A model generated the notes under the pieces. It had not been told where the DNA came from. It ran no database searches and saw only the letters and a list, made by a program, of their open reading frames with translations. Made by a program: the position numbers and the translations under genes. Shown here piece after piece: positions 24,770-37,154 of a DNA stretch of 64,000 nucleotides (position 1 is the first letter of the stretch; the number at the start of each line of letters is the position of its first letter). Origin of the DNA: Podarcis erhardii (lineage: Eukaryota); the NCBI GenBank assembly GCA_964252035.1, contig OZ176216.1; one strand, 5' to 3'.

Positions 24770-24796
24770 GCGAGTCTTCCAATTTAGAGACAGAAG
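24770..24796 (+). other. Candidate 27-nt frame-preserving microexon
   Basis: Acceptor tgtctctttcag, exon GCGAGTCTTCCAATTTAGAGACAGAAG, donor gtaaca; phase-1 reading (G)ESSNLETE(G) is open. Confidence 0.25.
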
Positions 24797-25271
24797 GTAA
24801 CATCAGAGACCTGGTTTGTTTTGCTAGCAATTAAACAACAGCAGAAAGAAGGTGAAAAGGCAGGGGAAGCGAATGTTATGCAAAACAGGCATGCGATCAA
24901 ATTAATGTATGCAAAAGTTTGTTTTTAATGAGAAGCTTCAGCTTGTCATTTGTTTTGCTGTGCGGCACTCACACGCTTGCTGAGGTCTTGCATCAGTGGT
25001 TGGGCTCGGAGGAACCTGCTTGAAGAACTGAATAATTTCTTTCCTGGATCAGGCAAAAGGTTGTTCCTTCCCAGCACTCTGTTTTTAACAGCGGTCAGTC
25101 AGTGGCTCTTGGGAAGCTCATAGGCTGGGCATGATGACTGTAGCCCACCCCTCTCTGGATCACCCGCAGAAATCGGTATCTGGAGACAAGCTGCCTCTGA
25201 ACATTGTAGGTCTATAGTTTTGTTCTCTTGGCTCAATAGTCCTCTTTGGCCTGGTCTACCTGTGCAGGGGT

Positions 25272-25620
25272 GGGACGCGGGTGGCGCTGTGGGTTAAACC
25301 ACAGAGCCTAGGACTTGCCGATCAGAAGGTCGGCGGTTTGAATCCCCGTGACGGGGTGAGCTCCCTGCTCCTGCCAACCTAGCAGTTCTAAAGCACGTCA
25401 AAGTGCAAGTAGATAAATAGGTACCGCTCCAGCGGGAAGGTAAACAGCTTTTCCGTGCGCTGCTCTGGTTCGCCAGAAGCGGCTTAGTCATGCTGGCCAC
25501 ATGACCCGGAAGCCGTACGCCGGCTCCCTTGGCCAATAAAATGAGATGAGCGCTGCAATCCCAGAGTCGTCCGCGACTGGACCTAATGGTCAGGGGTCCC
25601 TTTACCCTTTATCTTTACCT
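25272..25620 (+). mobile_element. Sauria SINE (Squam1-type), near full length
   Basis: Head gggacgcgggtggcgctgtgggttaaacc, B box ggtttgaatcc, tail ggggtccctttaccctttatctttacct; flanks tacctgtgcagg / tacctatgcagg. Confidence 0.92.
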
Positions 25621-27038
25621 ATGCAGGAGGAAGAGAGAAGCAGTAAAATCCTGAAGTGGCACAGCAGAATGCACCAATTCTGGCAGCAGCTTTTTTTGTG
25701 CAGTTTTGGGAGCGGTGCAATTTTTGAATCTTTTGATTCTTGCCAGCTGTTAGCTACAGTTGTGTACAGTCTTTGCCTTCCTCCCCATCACATTTGCCTT
25801 GACTCTTGGGTAAGCTCTGTAGAGACCTAGTGTTCTACTTGCCTGAGATCTAGATGGGGTTGTGCTACAGTTCAGTCTTTATGGATTTGGGTGATGCAGC
25901 TCCAGCAAGCATTTGGCCAGGGGGCAAAGGAGCTTGAATGATGCTGTGTGGGGGAAGAATGAATTGGTAACAAAGAAAGGGGGTTGCCCTTCCCACACAC
26001 CATTCTCCCCATCATAATTGCCTTATTTGAAGGGGGTGTGTGCCTTGGGCAGCCATGAGAGCTGCAGGTTGCCCACATCTGTGCTAGGTGGTCCAATGGA
26101 AATTGGCCAGAGGTCCACAAGCAGATGTCTACTTCCTGCCATCTCTCGCTATATGTGTTATTCCAAGCCAGCTCAATCCTCCTGCATTCCCTCTTTATGA
26201 TTATTTGCTAACCTTGTATTGTTTATAACATTTTTGAAATTAGTTTCACACTCTAAATTTGTATACTTTGGGGACTGCAAACTTTTCAGGGTCACTATCT
26301 TGGAAATAAAAACGGGTTTTCAACCGTTTTAAGGAAGTGATGAAGGAAGAATGTCTTTAGCCACTTTGAATCAAGAAGCGCTTGAACGTTCCGTGCAAAC
26401 GAACTGCAATATGTCTTTATTTGAGCAGATGAAACGAGAAGTGTACAGCTCAGGAACTGTGGTAATCAGAGGCTGTCCTAGCCTTTGTGTTAACTGCTGT
26501 GTTAACTTTTTAAAGCTGTTTGTGAGATTCCAAGTGAAGGGGTGAAAACAAACGAACTTTCCCTTTTAACATTCGGCAAAGAGTTTTGCCGAATCACCTT
26601 GTCGGAAGCTGCTTGAAAGAGGAAAGAGCCATCTGCACCAAGTTTCTGTCCTTTTGCTCCTCGGATGATGCCATGCGTCCAATAGCAGCAGCTGTTGATA
26701 TCACCTAATGAGCCTTTAAGGCAGCTAGCTGCCTTGGCTTGTTTTGAGACACCCTCTTTTGTAGCAACCCAAGATGCTTCTGACTGAATGTACCCCAAAA
26801 TGTCAGTTAAGAAGGAAAGAGGAAAGGGAGCGAGAGAGAAAGAGAACCCCAGAGGGAGTATGTGGTACAGTGGGCTGGAAAAAACGCTGTACATATGGTG
26901 GATCAGAAAGTGAGGGAAATTTTTTTTTGGTTAACTAACTCTGCTAGGTTGGGAGAATGATGACTTATCAGTGCACCAAATGTGTAAAGTTAAAAACTAT
27001 TCTGAAAAGAAGTAATGCATGTAAGAAGAATCTGGATA

Positions 27039-27277
27039 CAGTAATACCTTTGGTTGTGAACCGTCCTCCTTGTGAACGCTTTGTGTTACGAGCTCCGCTA
27101 ACCCGGAAGTTGCTGCTCCCGGTAGCAAACTTTGCCCCGGGATGCGAGCGGAAATCGCGTGCCAGAGGCACGCATAGCGGGAGGCCCATTCGCAAAAGCA
27201 CACCTCAGGATAAGAACGGTTTCTGGTTACGAACGGACCTCTGGAACGATTTAGGTTCGTAACCAGAGGTATCACTG
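27039..27277. mobile_element. Tc1/mariner (Tigger-like) MITE
   Basis: TIRs CAGTAATACCTTTGGTTGTGAAC / GTTCGTAACCAGAGGTATCACTG; TA TSD on both sides; CpG-rich. Confidence 0.88.
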
Positions 27278-27572
27278 TACATCTCTTCTAGCATCCCACA
27301 TGCCACAGTGAGCCACCAGATAGATGCCTCCAGTGTTAGAAGTTAGTCAGGCACCATGTGCATTTTGTGACCAGCTGCAACCGTGTGGAGATCTGTGGGT
27401 GCCAGGTTGGCAATTGAGATCTCTGTCTGGCAGGCCCCTCCAGCTTTCTTAAGCAGGTAAGCAGAAGGGCTTATTTACTACCTCTTCTCAGTCTGCTGCC
27501 TCTTCTCCCTCTGCCTACTCATCATTGTGCCACCATCAGTGCCCTGGCTCTAAGCCCTCTTGCCTTGGGGAA

Positions 27573-27864
27573 GCGGCCCATGGGGGTCATTTAACCGGCC
27601 CATGGACCCCCACCGCCCACTCGGTCGGATCCCGTGTGCTGCGCTAAACTGGCGCAGAGCAGAGCGAGGACCACCTTCCGCGATGCTGGCTGGCTTCCGA
27701 TTGGCTGCAGGAAGCTCCTGAAGTCAATGGGAAGCTGCGCATGCCTCCTCCGTGCCAGAAATAGCATTTGCACGTGCGTGCACGCACGCACGCACACTCG
27801 GGTCCACCGCTTTGTCTGCGGGACCATGAACCAGCCCAAACCACAATAACTTTGCCAACCCCTG
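27573..27864. mobile_element. hAT MITE with left end missing
   Basis: Right TIR tttgccaacccctg followed by ctctagga; shares gcggcccatgggggtcatttaacc with 36570-36859 in the opposite orientation. Confidence 0.7.
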
Positions 27865-28250
27865 CTCTAGGAAGTCCACAAGCAGGGCATGAAAGCAATA
27901 GCCCATGCTTTTGCCTCCAGCAACCAGTGCTTGAAGACACACTTCATCCAAATCAGGAGATTTCACATAGCTATCATAACAAATAATTGTTGGTGGGTCT
28001 CTTTTCCTTCATGAATTTGCCTTAATCCCCTTCTAAGCCATCTAAACAAAAAGCCATTGTCATCAGCTCTTGTGGCGGTGAATGCCATGCATGAATTATG
28101 CATCATGTTGGTCATTTGTTCTCTGTGTTATTATTTTTATAATTATATACATATATATCTGTGTGTTTAACGAGATGGCAGTTTAGAAATTCTAATAAAC
28201 ACCAAGAAGCACACTTTCTGATTTGTCCTGAATCTGCAGCAAATCCGTTT

Positions 28251-28316
28251 CATAGAATCATAGAATCATAGAGTTGGAAGAGACCACAAGGGCCATCGAG
28301 TCCAACCCCCTGCCAA
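28251..28316 (-). mobile_element. CR1 3' tail, young and 5'-truncated
   Basis: catagaatcatagaatcatagagttggaagagaccacaagggccatcgagtccaaccccctgccaa. Confidence 0.88.
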
Positions 28317-28399
28317 CCTTATGAATTCTAGTGCTATGCGAGAGGGAGAAAAACACCCACCCCTCTGCCCACTTTTCCCACAACACACAGAATTTTATA

Positions 28400-28495
28400 A
28401 ACATCTGCCATGTCCCACCTTAGGTGCCTTTCCCCCCCTTTCTAAACTAAGGAGCCCTAAACGCCGTAGCCATTCCTCATATAGTAGATGGTCCT
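28400..28495 (-). mobile_element. CR1 internal fragment
   Basis: ctaaactaaggagccctaaacgccgtagccattcctcata resembles the reverse of a CR1 RT segment. Confidence 0.45.
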
Positions 28496-28613
28496 GTCAC
28501 TGTATTCTACTGTAATAGAATAATTAAATCATGCACTACTGGCATTGCACATTTTGTGGAACATAAATAAATGAAAGCATGCTTCAAGGATGTCTTGCAT
28601 GCACAGTACCTTT

Positions 28614-28650
28614 AAACAAACAAACAAACACAAACAAACAAACAAAAACA
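28614..28650 (+). repeat. Imperfect (AAAC)n microsatellite
   Basis: Read directly. Confidence 0.85.
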
Positions 28651-29100
28651 GCAAACCCTGCATAGGACGACGTAGCAGGATTTTTAGAAACCTGGCACTG
28701 GAGCAGAAGCTGCATAAATAGGGTTTGTCCCTGCCTGCCCCTCCAGGCAACCTTGAAGCCTTCTGTTGGCACCTTCCCTCTTCTGATGTGTGGCAGAGTG
28801 GTAGAGATGGGTAGGTGAGGCTCACTGTTGTGGCTGCCGGTGGGATAACAACAGCTCCTTATCTTAGATCTTCTTTAACTTGAAGGCGGGAGGACATAGT
28901 TTTGGATTGAGCTGAGGATGTGATTGAGAGAAATAGGTGTTTTTAAGAACATTTGTATAGCTTAGTAAACTATATTTTATCATAGGGAGCATTTAGAGAA
29001 GGCAGTTTTGGGGAGGGAGGAGCCTGGAGGATTATTATTTTAATGACGACAGGATCTAAAATGGGTAGGAATTTGTAAAGAGGGTCATTCTATCCAGCAC

Positions 29101-29236
29101 CAGATGGGGCTTATGTGGCCCTCCAGATGTTGTTGGGCTCCTGGTTCTCACCATCTCCTGTCAGCATGCTAAATGATAGGGATGATGGGAGTTGTAGATG
29201 GGCATCATCTGTAGGGCCACAGGTCCCTTGCCCCTG
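29101..29236. mobile_element. Small palindromic hAT-type MITE
   Basis: gtggccctccagatgttg...gatgggagttgtag...catctgtagggccacaggtcccttgcccctg; related copies at 31966, 37155 and 49574. Confidence 0.7.
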
Positions 29237-30901
29237 GGTTAATTCATCATTTGCTCCCAAATACTGTCAGCCACATACCTCTGGGCATTGGCAAGCAAAA
29301 CACAAAGGTGATGGAACCGTGATATGGGGGTTCCATTTACCGGTAATTGTCTTGACATTTACTTTTACAGCCATCTGAGAAAGTGTCACATTGCTTTCTG
29401 AGGATCAAGTTTGGGAAGATTTTTGGGTGCATGGTGTTATTTGCATGGCACTGCAGTGAATATAGGACAAAACAGTGATTATCAGGTTTTATACTTAGCT
29501 ACGCACTACGGCCCACTCACATCCACCCCTTCTACCCAGTTGGTTACTTGTAGTATTCAGGATCCCCACAGGCTGCATGGTCAGGCTCCAGGAGGGGACA
29601 ACTGATGTTTGAATTCTCAGCTATGTTGGGTGCCTGTGGGTCAAGGACAATCATCTGTTTGAAGGGCTGCCTGGTCCAAAACTGGTTTAAGGATGAAATG
29701 GGAGGGGAGAGCAGGAGGGGGCCTTAAAGATGATAATAAGCACTTAACACCTGGGCAGGAGAGCGAGCAGGTACACAGGTCACAGTCTTTACCATGATGG
29801 TTAGACATAGTCTCTGTTTATTAAAATTATAGTAAATGTTTCTATGTACAGTATATATCTATACATTAGTACATATACATATGCAAATTTTATGTGGATC
29901 CATGTCCCCTTTTTTCTGTGATACATTTCCTCGTTTAGCCCTACCATTGTGTAAAAACATAACTATTCAGAGACGCTGCAAAAGTTGCCTGTGCGCATGA
30001 ATACCTACATCAGAAAAAGCTTTGTTCCTTTGTTTCCCGCTGTATTAATGTTTATAGGGAGCTTAGATGTACAACAGGTGAGCCCTGCAAAGGCTGTATA
30101 GCTTTGTTCCACCCCAACCCACAGCATAAAAGTGTTTATGTAAGCGGATCAATTCCAGCTCTTTCCAGTCTACATGTCTACTACTATTGTGTTTTAATTG
30201 CAAGGACTCACCTTCATTAAACCCTTGAAACACTCCATAGAGAAGGTTTCCACTTGACATGAAACCAGACAGCTTTATTTCACATAATGTATAGAGTGTG
30301 AGGGACTGATCGCTTTTCTACACACAGTTCTCAGAAAGGATGTAATTTTACATTACGGAAACAATAATGGGTGGGTGAGTTGTTGATCGCTAGAGTTTGG
30401 AAGTTGAGGCTGCTTTTCCAACCCATTGATATATAAATGTGAGGGGTGAAATGCCCTAATTTTCAGTTTTCTGAGTCTTTTGTCATTTGCCATCACAACC
30501 TTCATGCTCCCTGAACACTTTAATTTTTGGAGGGGTATTCAATCAGTTACTCTTTTAAGTGGGCTTAATTGTGTAAAGATTATAATGCATAAGAGAGCCG
30601 CCTATAATTAGAATGGGGGTGGTGCTATTAGACAGTGTTTTTAGTGGAGAAAATTATAGTCTTCATAAGCAGTTTAGAGAGTGGAAGCTGCATGTATTAA
30701 GATGCAACAAGTGTCATGTTATCCAAATGTAGGATTGACTAATGCTCAGTTCAATTAATGCTTCTGGGTGTTGCACCTTTATCCTTAGTAGCTTTGCTGT
30801 CGGGCTACTGATGCCCTTAAATAATGTGCAGAGATAGTGCAGGGGGTGGCTTACCTGCAATGCAAGCTGCCTGGACAGGTCCACTTAAACACCCCGGGGC
30901 A

Positions 30902-30982
30902 GCGCGTGCGCGCGCGCGCTCTCTCTCTCTCTCTCTCGGTGTGTGTGTGTGTGTGTGTGTGTGGGAGAGAGAGAGAGAGAGA
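30902..30982. repeat. Compound microsatellite (CG)n(CT)n(GT)n(GA)n
   Basis: CG-rich 30902-30918, CT 30919-30937, GT 30939-30963, GA 30965-30982. Confidence 0.95.
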
Positions 30983-31914
30983 CTCTTTAAAGTAACGTGT
31001 ATACTGATGGCATTGTATCAATCATCATTCTCTAGCAAGACTTTTTTTTATGAGTAAATGAAGAAGATGTACCTTCACAATCTACTCCTACTTCTCCTTG
31101 GAAGATAACATTAGTCTTTCTCATAAACCTTTGAGAGCATGCCATGACTTGTATAGCAGGTGCTTGTCTATCTGGATTTTGGAAATGGAATAAAAGGTGA
31201 GGTCTCTGTGGTGCTTCTCCTCTCACCTCCAGCTTAGGTTGAAGATGCCATGTAAGTGGAACTCTTAACACAATTTTGGGTTCCAGCTAGCCATGTTCTC
31301 AAACGCCAGCATTTTGTACCTACTGAGCATGCTCATTCCACACTGGATTGTCTCCCTGCACCTTTAGGATATTTTTTTCTAAATGTATTAGGTTTCAAAA
31401 AAACTTGGGAGTGCCTCTAGGCCTGCTGATACCGTCCTTTCGTTTACAGGCAATTCTGTTTCGGCTACATAAACATTCATACTCTGGTCATGAGTTCACC
31501 GTTAGTATAATGTGGCACTTGTTCCAAATGGCTAGAATGAAATAGCACTTCCTGATTTGAAGCGTGGCTTTAGTGGTGGTGTTGCTGTGCTTCCTCTCTG
31601 TGCATAGAGAGCGTCTCTCAAACTGCCAAACACTTTCTGCTTAAACAGTCTTGAAATGGAATTTGTCAGACAGTGTTTCCGCCCCACATGCCACTTCTGC
31701 ACAGTGGCCTGTATGAAATTTGGACCAGCGTCTGTTTACCCAAGATTGTCGCTGGGCCCTCAGGTAAGAAAGTAAACCACTTTGTCATCTTTAGTGTTGA
31801 TTTCTGGAGCCTCCAGGGCAGTTCCCCATAAGTTCCGCCTAGCCCTATGGCTTGTGGTGACCTGATTGGGGCTTACTTTTATTACAGGCCTGCCAGATAG
31901 CTAGTTTTCCACTG

Positions 31915-32215
31915 AACATAAGATCCACTCTGCTAGGTCAGACCAAAGGTCCATCCACTACAGCACATGTGGAGAACCTTTGACTCTCCAGTTGTTGCCA
32001 AAATATAGCTCTCACCATTCCTGGCCATTGGATATGCTGGCTAAGACTGATGGAAGTTGTAGTTCAGCAACATCTGAAGGGTCATTGTTCCTGCAGTGGC
32101 CAAACAAGCCAAATTAATCTGGGAAGGCCTCAAACAGGGCATGCAGGCAGTAGCCCTTCCCTTCTCTTGCTCCTCAGCTAGTCTATCCAGTGACATTATA
32201 TTGCCTCTGTATATT
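31915..32215 (-). mobile_element. CR1 3' fragment interrupted by a small hAT MITE (31966-32085)
   Basis: aacataagatccactctgctaggtcagaccaaaggtccatc...cagca, then the MITE, then tgttcctgcagtggccaaac resumes the CR1 reverse consensus. Confidence 0.6.
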
Positions 32216-32469
32216 GGGCCTGAACTTGCTGCTTGTCTGGGTGCCTCTCGGTGTCCTCATTTACATATCATGGTGAACCCTGTTGCTTACCTGGACTGCA
32301 CTAACATGCAGGCTCCCAGAGAGGAGCTTGCACCCACTTTTCTCCTCATCTGTTCCTTTGGTGCAGTACAACACGGGAGCTAAGCCAAAGCTGGGCTTGG
32401 CACGCTGTTCAAACCCAGAATCGTGGTTAAGGTCTCCCCTCCTTAAAAACCACCTGTAATATTAGGACA

Positions 32470-33121
32470 GGGACGCGGGTGGTGCTGTGGTCTAAACCAC
32501 TGAGCCCCTTGTGCTTGCTGATCAGAATGTTGGCGGTTCAAATCCCCGCGACGGGGTGAGCTCCCATTGCACGGTCCCAGCTCCTGCCAACCTAGCAGTT
32601 CGAAAGCACACAAAAAATGCAAGTAGATAAATACCGTATTTTTTGCTCTATAAGACTCACTTTTTCCCTCCTAAAAAGTAAGGGGAAATGTGTGTGCGTC
32701 TTATGGAGCGAATGCAGGCTACACAGCTATCCCAGAAGCCAGAACAGCAAGAGGGATTGCTGCTTTCACTGTGCAGCGATCCCTCTTGCTGTTCTGGCTT
32801 CTGAGATTCAGGATATATTTTTTCTTGTTTTCCTCTTCCAAAAACTAGGTGTGTCTTGTGGTCTGGTGCGTCTTATAGAGCGAAAAATACGGTAGGTACC
32901 GCTCTGGTGGGAAGGTAAACGGCGTTTCCGTGCACTGCTCTGGTTTCAGTGTTCCATTGCGCCAGAAGCGGCTTAGTCATGCTGGCCACACGACCCGTAA
33001 AAACTGTCTGCGGACAAACGCCAGCTCCCTTGGCCTGCGGAGCCAGATGAGCACCGCAACCCCAGAGTCATCCGCAACTGAACTTAGGTGTCGGCGGTCC
33101 TTTACCTTTACCTTTTTAACC
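32470..33121 (+). mobile_element. Sauria SINE interrupted by a MITE
   Basis: Head gggacgcgggtggtgctgtggtctaaacc, B box ggttcaaatcc, tail tttacctttacct; TSD ttaggacag at 32462-32470 and 33122-33130. Confidence 0.92.
32634..32892. mobile_element. Tc1/mariner (Tc2-like) MITE nested in the SINE
   Basis: TIRs CCGTATTTTTTGCTCTATAAGAC / GTCTTATAGAGCGAAAAATACGG; TA at 32632-32633 and 32893-32894. Confidence 0.92.
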
Positions 33122-36100
33122 TTAGGACAGACATTGTCTGTAGATCATGCTTAAGGAAGAGAGTCCTTTCCCACAATCTCAGGCTTGGATGACATGCTAA
33201 GGCAAACCATGGTAACAGGATGCTGCTTACCTGCCCCTCTTCTAGCACCAGGTCCTCTGCCTTTCCATTGGAGATGCAGGAAGCTGCCTTTAGGTTCTGT
33301 GGATTATTCTATCCTAGGGATTGCAGGATTACTAGGAAATGTTCCTTATTCATTACTCTCCTGTTCCATCAGATCTCTCATCCCAGTTTCAGAAAACGGC
33401 TCCAGTTCTCAGTACCAGAATCATGGCCTTGCTTTTCATAGAATATTGGCCTAGGGCAGAGGTATTCTTTGCAGAAGAAGAGAATGAATACTGCCAGCCT
33501 GGATAGATGGACCACTGGTCTGGATCATTGGTTTATAGGATTGTTATCTGTGATTTGTCTCAGCCTCAGCCCTCCTGTTTATCTCTTTCAGGTCAGGTGG
33601 AGGCTTTATCTCTTTGTTGGTGTTGCCTTGCTAACAATGAAGTGGTGCAAAATAAATGAATGGCCGGGGGGAGATCCTGCTTTTGCTGCCTCTGTGGGTA
33701 ATTTATTAGGGACAATTAAAAGCTTTGAAAAAATCTTTTGTGATAAGAAAAGAAATGGAGGCCTTGAATGTGTGGGATAGTTTGGCAAGGGCCCAAAAGC
33801 CACTTGCATTGTGCATTTTTCAACTCTCTTCCTCCCTCCACTCCAACTCCTTGAAATAACATGACACTGGGGGAACATTGATTTCTGCTCTGAGTTGTTA
33901 ATGAAAAATTCCTCGTTGGCTCCTAGTTTCTGAAACCCTTTGAGACCAGCTGCTGCATTTTAGAGGCTTCAGGAGTAAACATGCCAACCAGTGTGATGTA
34001 TGACTTTGTGTGAACTTTCTAGGGACAAAAAGCTTGCCTTTTTCATTGTTTGCAAAATGAAGAGCACCTCTTAGGTCGGCAGGTTTTTCCTCCCCACCCC
34101 TCTCCGCCTTTCTTGGTCAAATCTGGCTGATTGATCTTATGTAGGGGACTTTAGCAGCACAGGAGGAAGGAAAACTCACAGGGCTTGTTAAAGCTGGATG
34201 GGAAAATAAACTTTCGTAGTCTGGTAACATGTTTAGAAATGTAGACCATGCAGGAAGAGTACAGTGTTCAAAAAGCAGTTTAGACTGCTGAGTCCCATTT
34301 CCGAAATGTCCTCCACACATGCAGGATCACGTCCTTGTACACTTCGTTAATTAATCTGGGGAAACTTGGTTCCGTGCCCACAATTCTGAAAGGAATTAGT
34401 TGCAATTTTGCTCATGTGTTGAAAAGGTGGTGGTAGGGAAAATCTACCCTTTAATCACTCTGATTGTGGATAGTGCTTGATCATTAAAAGGTGTTAAGGA
34501 GATAACTAATCCACATTAAATGATCTTGAGTATATGTCTTATTAATTTCTAGTGAGATTTGGGTTCCAAAGTCTCTAAATTACTCTTGGGAGTTGTGCCC
34601 TGAAGTGCCATTTTAATGAAAGCCTGATTGGAGTGATAGGGTTGGGGCTTTTGGGGTGAGGGCTTTTGTGCATGCTCCCAGCAGAATCCAGGCACAGCCT
34701 CGCTGGTGCAGCGCTTCATTCTAGGAAAGCAGACATGGGCTTTGAGTCTGCGAGGAACTCCTCCCCTAGGGTGGCCACTTACACATCCCAAGGGGTGTAA
34801 ATTTATTTGCATGTGCTGATTTACATGCATAAATGCACAAATAGAAATAATTACTATAATTTAAATGGGAGCACCCTATGTCACACCACAGTGGGGAAGA
34901 TTGTGGCCAGGTGATCCATGGGCCTGTTCAGACTGCTGTGTGGGTTCTAACTGTTGATGGGCAACTTCAAGACACCTCCTGGCCCTTCTTTTTTGTGGGT
35001 CTTTAACCAGACGTAGACCAAACACAGTCCTTCGAATAGAGGAGTTCCCTCTGTAAAGCAGGCCACATGACCACCCTGCCCTCTTCTCTGCTTGTAGGCC
35101 TTTGGCTAGTGAGAGGAATGCACTCTGCACTGTCTGTTATTTTGTAGTTCCCAGAGTTGAGCCCCAGCATTGGAAGCATGCTGGGGCCGATCCTTCACAC
35201 AAAGTGAGCCATACATCTTTGGCTTGCAGTCCTTGTTGTCTTAGTCAGGTGACCTGCCTTCAACTCATGCCAGTTTGACTTCACCCTTAAAAATATCTAT
35301 CAAACAACCTTCACAGATAAGAAATAGTCTAGTCACTCTGGTTGTGGGTGGGATGCAGGTTGTGAGGTTAATAAAAGAATAGTTCTTGTCCTCTCGCTTT
35401 GTGTTTAAAAAGCAAAATCTATATGCCTGCTCAATATTTCAATTTCATTTTGTATCAAATATGTATAATATACCCCGCTCTGATATGAACTTCAACCTCC
35501 TCTTCTCGATAAATGGCATTTCTACCCCCCCCCCAATCTGCCCTAGAGTATCAGGGTGAGATTGGCGGTGTCTTCCTTCTCCCCCGCCCCCATTCTCCAT
35601 ATGCAAATTGTACACAAATTGAAAATATGCAAATTAGCTGCAGCCCTACAGCTCATGATAGATTTCTGATGTGACCCTTGTTGTTAGATGGGCTACCCCC
35701 TTCCTGCCTTGGTTTCAGAGATACAGCAGGGCTCTGCAGCCAAAAAGGCAGCGCCCGCACAGATAAAAATGTATTTTATTACCTGCCCATCAATCACTAG
35801 CATTTGCAAATTCCCCATCAAGGTGCAGGTGGCAATTAATTGAAACTTCAAGCAAAGGTCGTTTCTGCTACGGAATTGATGCTTGGCCCTCCACTAAACA
35901 GAAGACTCACTCTGTTATCTGTGTTCTCATAAGAGCATATTGGACAGAGCTGGATGGAATGCACCGTATTAAAAGCCATCCAGACAATCTCTGAATTTCT
36001 AAGAATTTAGAAAAGGGTGTTGCTTTTCTTCATTTTGTGGTGAAACTCTCATCTTAAAAGTGCAATCTTTTTTAAAACATCAAACCAATAAAATAGAACT

Positions 36101-36569
36101 TAAGAAAAACGGAGTTAGAAACAAGAATGGAAGACAGTTGTGTAAAGGAATGTTCATCATATTGCGATAAAGTAAATGAAAATTAGGTTAGTTTTAGCTG
36201 GGTTGTATACTGATAATACATGAAAAAAGCAGAAGGTGAAGGATCCCCTCGCATGGGACAGAATCTGCTCCCTCCTGTTCCCCAAACCTTTGCTTCTCAA
36301 CAGATGCATATGCTTGGCTCCAAACTGAATGTTTTCCTGCACTCTCTTGCACACAGATCAGATGTTTTGATTTTTGCATTTCAAGTGTTTTCTTAGTTAT
36401 ATGCTTAAATGTTTTAGTCCTTTCCTTTCCTTAAAAAGTTTTATTATGCTGGCTTTTTTACACTTTAAAATCTGCCTTAAAAAGAGTGGAGAATCAACAT
36501 AAAGGCCAGACCGATACTGCAGTGCACAGCCCTGCTCTGAGAACAGAGGAAGTGGCTTCATGGTTGATG

Positions 36570-36859
36570 CAAGGGCTGGCCTATCATCTTTGTTCAAATT
36601 GAGCTGGTTCACTCCAGCGGGGAGCCCTCTGTGGGCTGGAGTGCGCGCACATGAATGCACGCAGCCGCAAATTCTGGCGTCTGTGTCTGCGCAGACACGA
36701 TTTCTGGCACCGTGGAAGCGAGTCCCCACACTGCACTGGTTTAGCACAGTGGGCGGGGACTCACCAAGGGAGTGGCTCAGTTCGGGGGCAGCTCATGGGC
36801 TGGTTAAATGACCCCCGTGGGCCGCTTGTGGCCCATGGGCCTTAGGTTGCCTACCCCTG
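36570..36859. mobile_element. hAT MITE, same family as 27573-27864, inverted
   Basis: catgggctggttaaatgacccccgtgggccgc is the near reverse complement of the 27573 copy; right TIR ggttgcctacccctg. Confidence 0.75.
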
Positions 36860-37154
36860 CTCTACTGCAAAGCAGAAGATCAGTTTTCCCCATAGCCCAA
36901 ACAGGGAGACAGTTATATGTGGGCCCAAAACATGGTGAGCTCCTTGCACAGCTGCTTCCATTGCTGAACATATTTGCACCAGTATGCACTTCTTGAAACA
37001 TTGGTGTTTATCCTTTTCTGTTTTTTGCATGTTCCCCAAAGCAGTAAGTCTTTTGTCAAGCTTATTTAGCCCACAGACTTGTGCCAGTGGTTTTATAGTT
37101 GCTTGTGTTATTGGCCTAGGTCTAGGTAGTCTTTGAAATAATTTAAAGATCATT

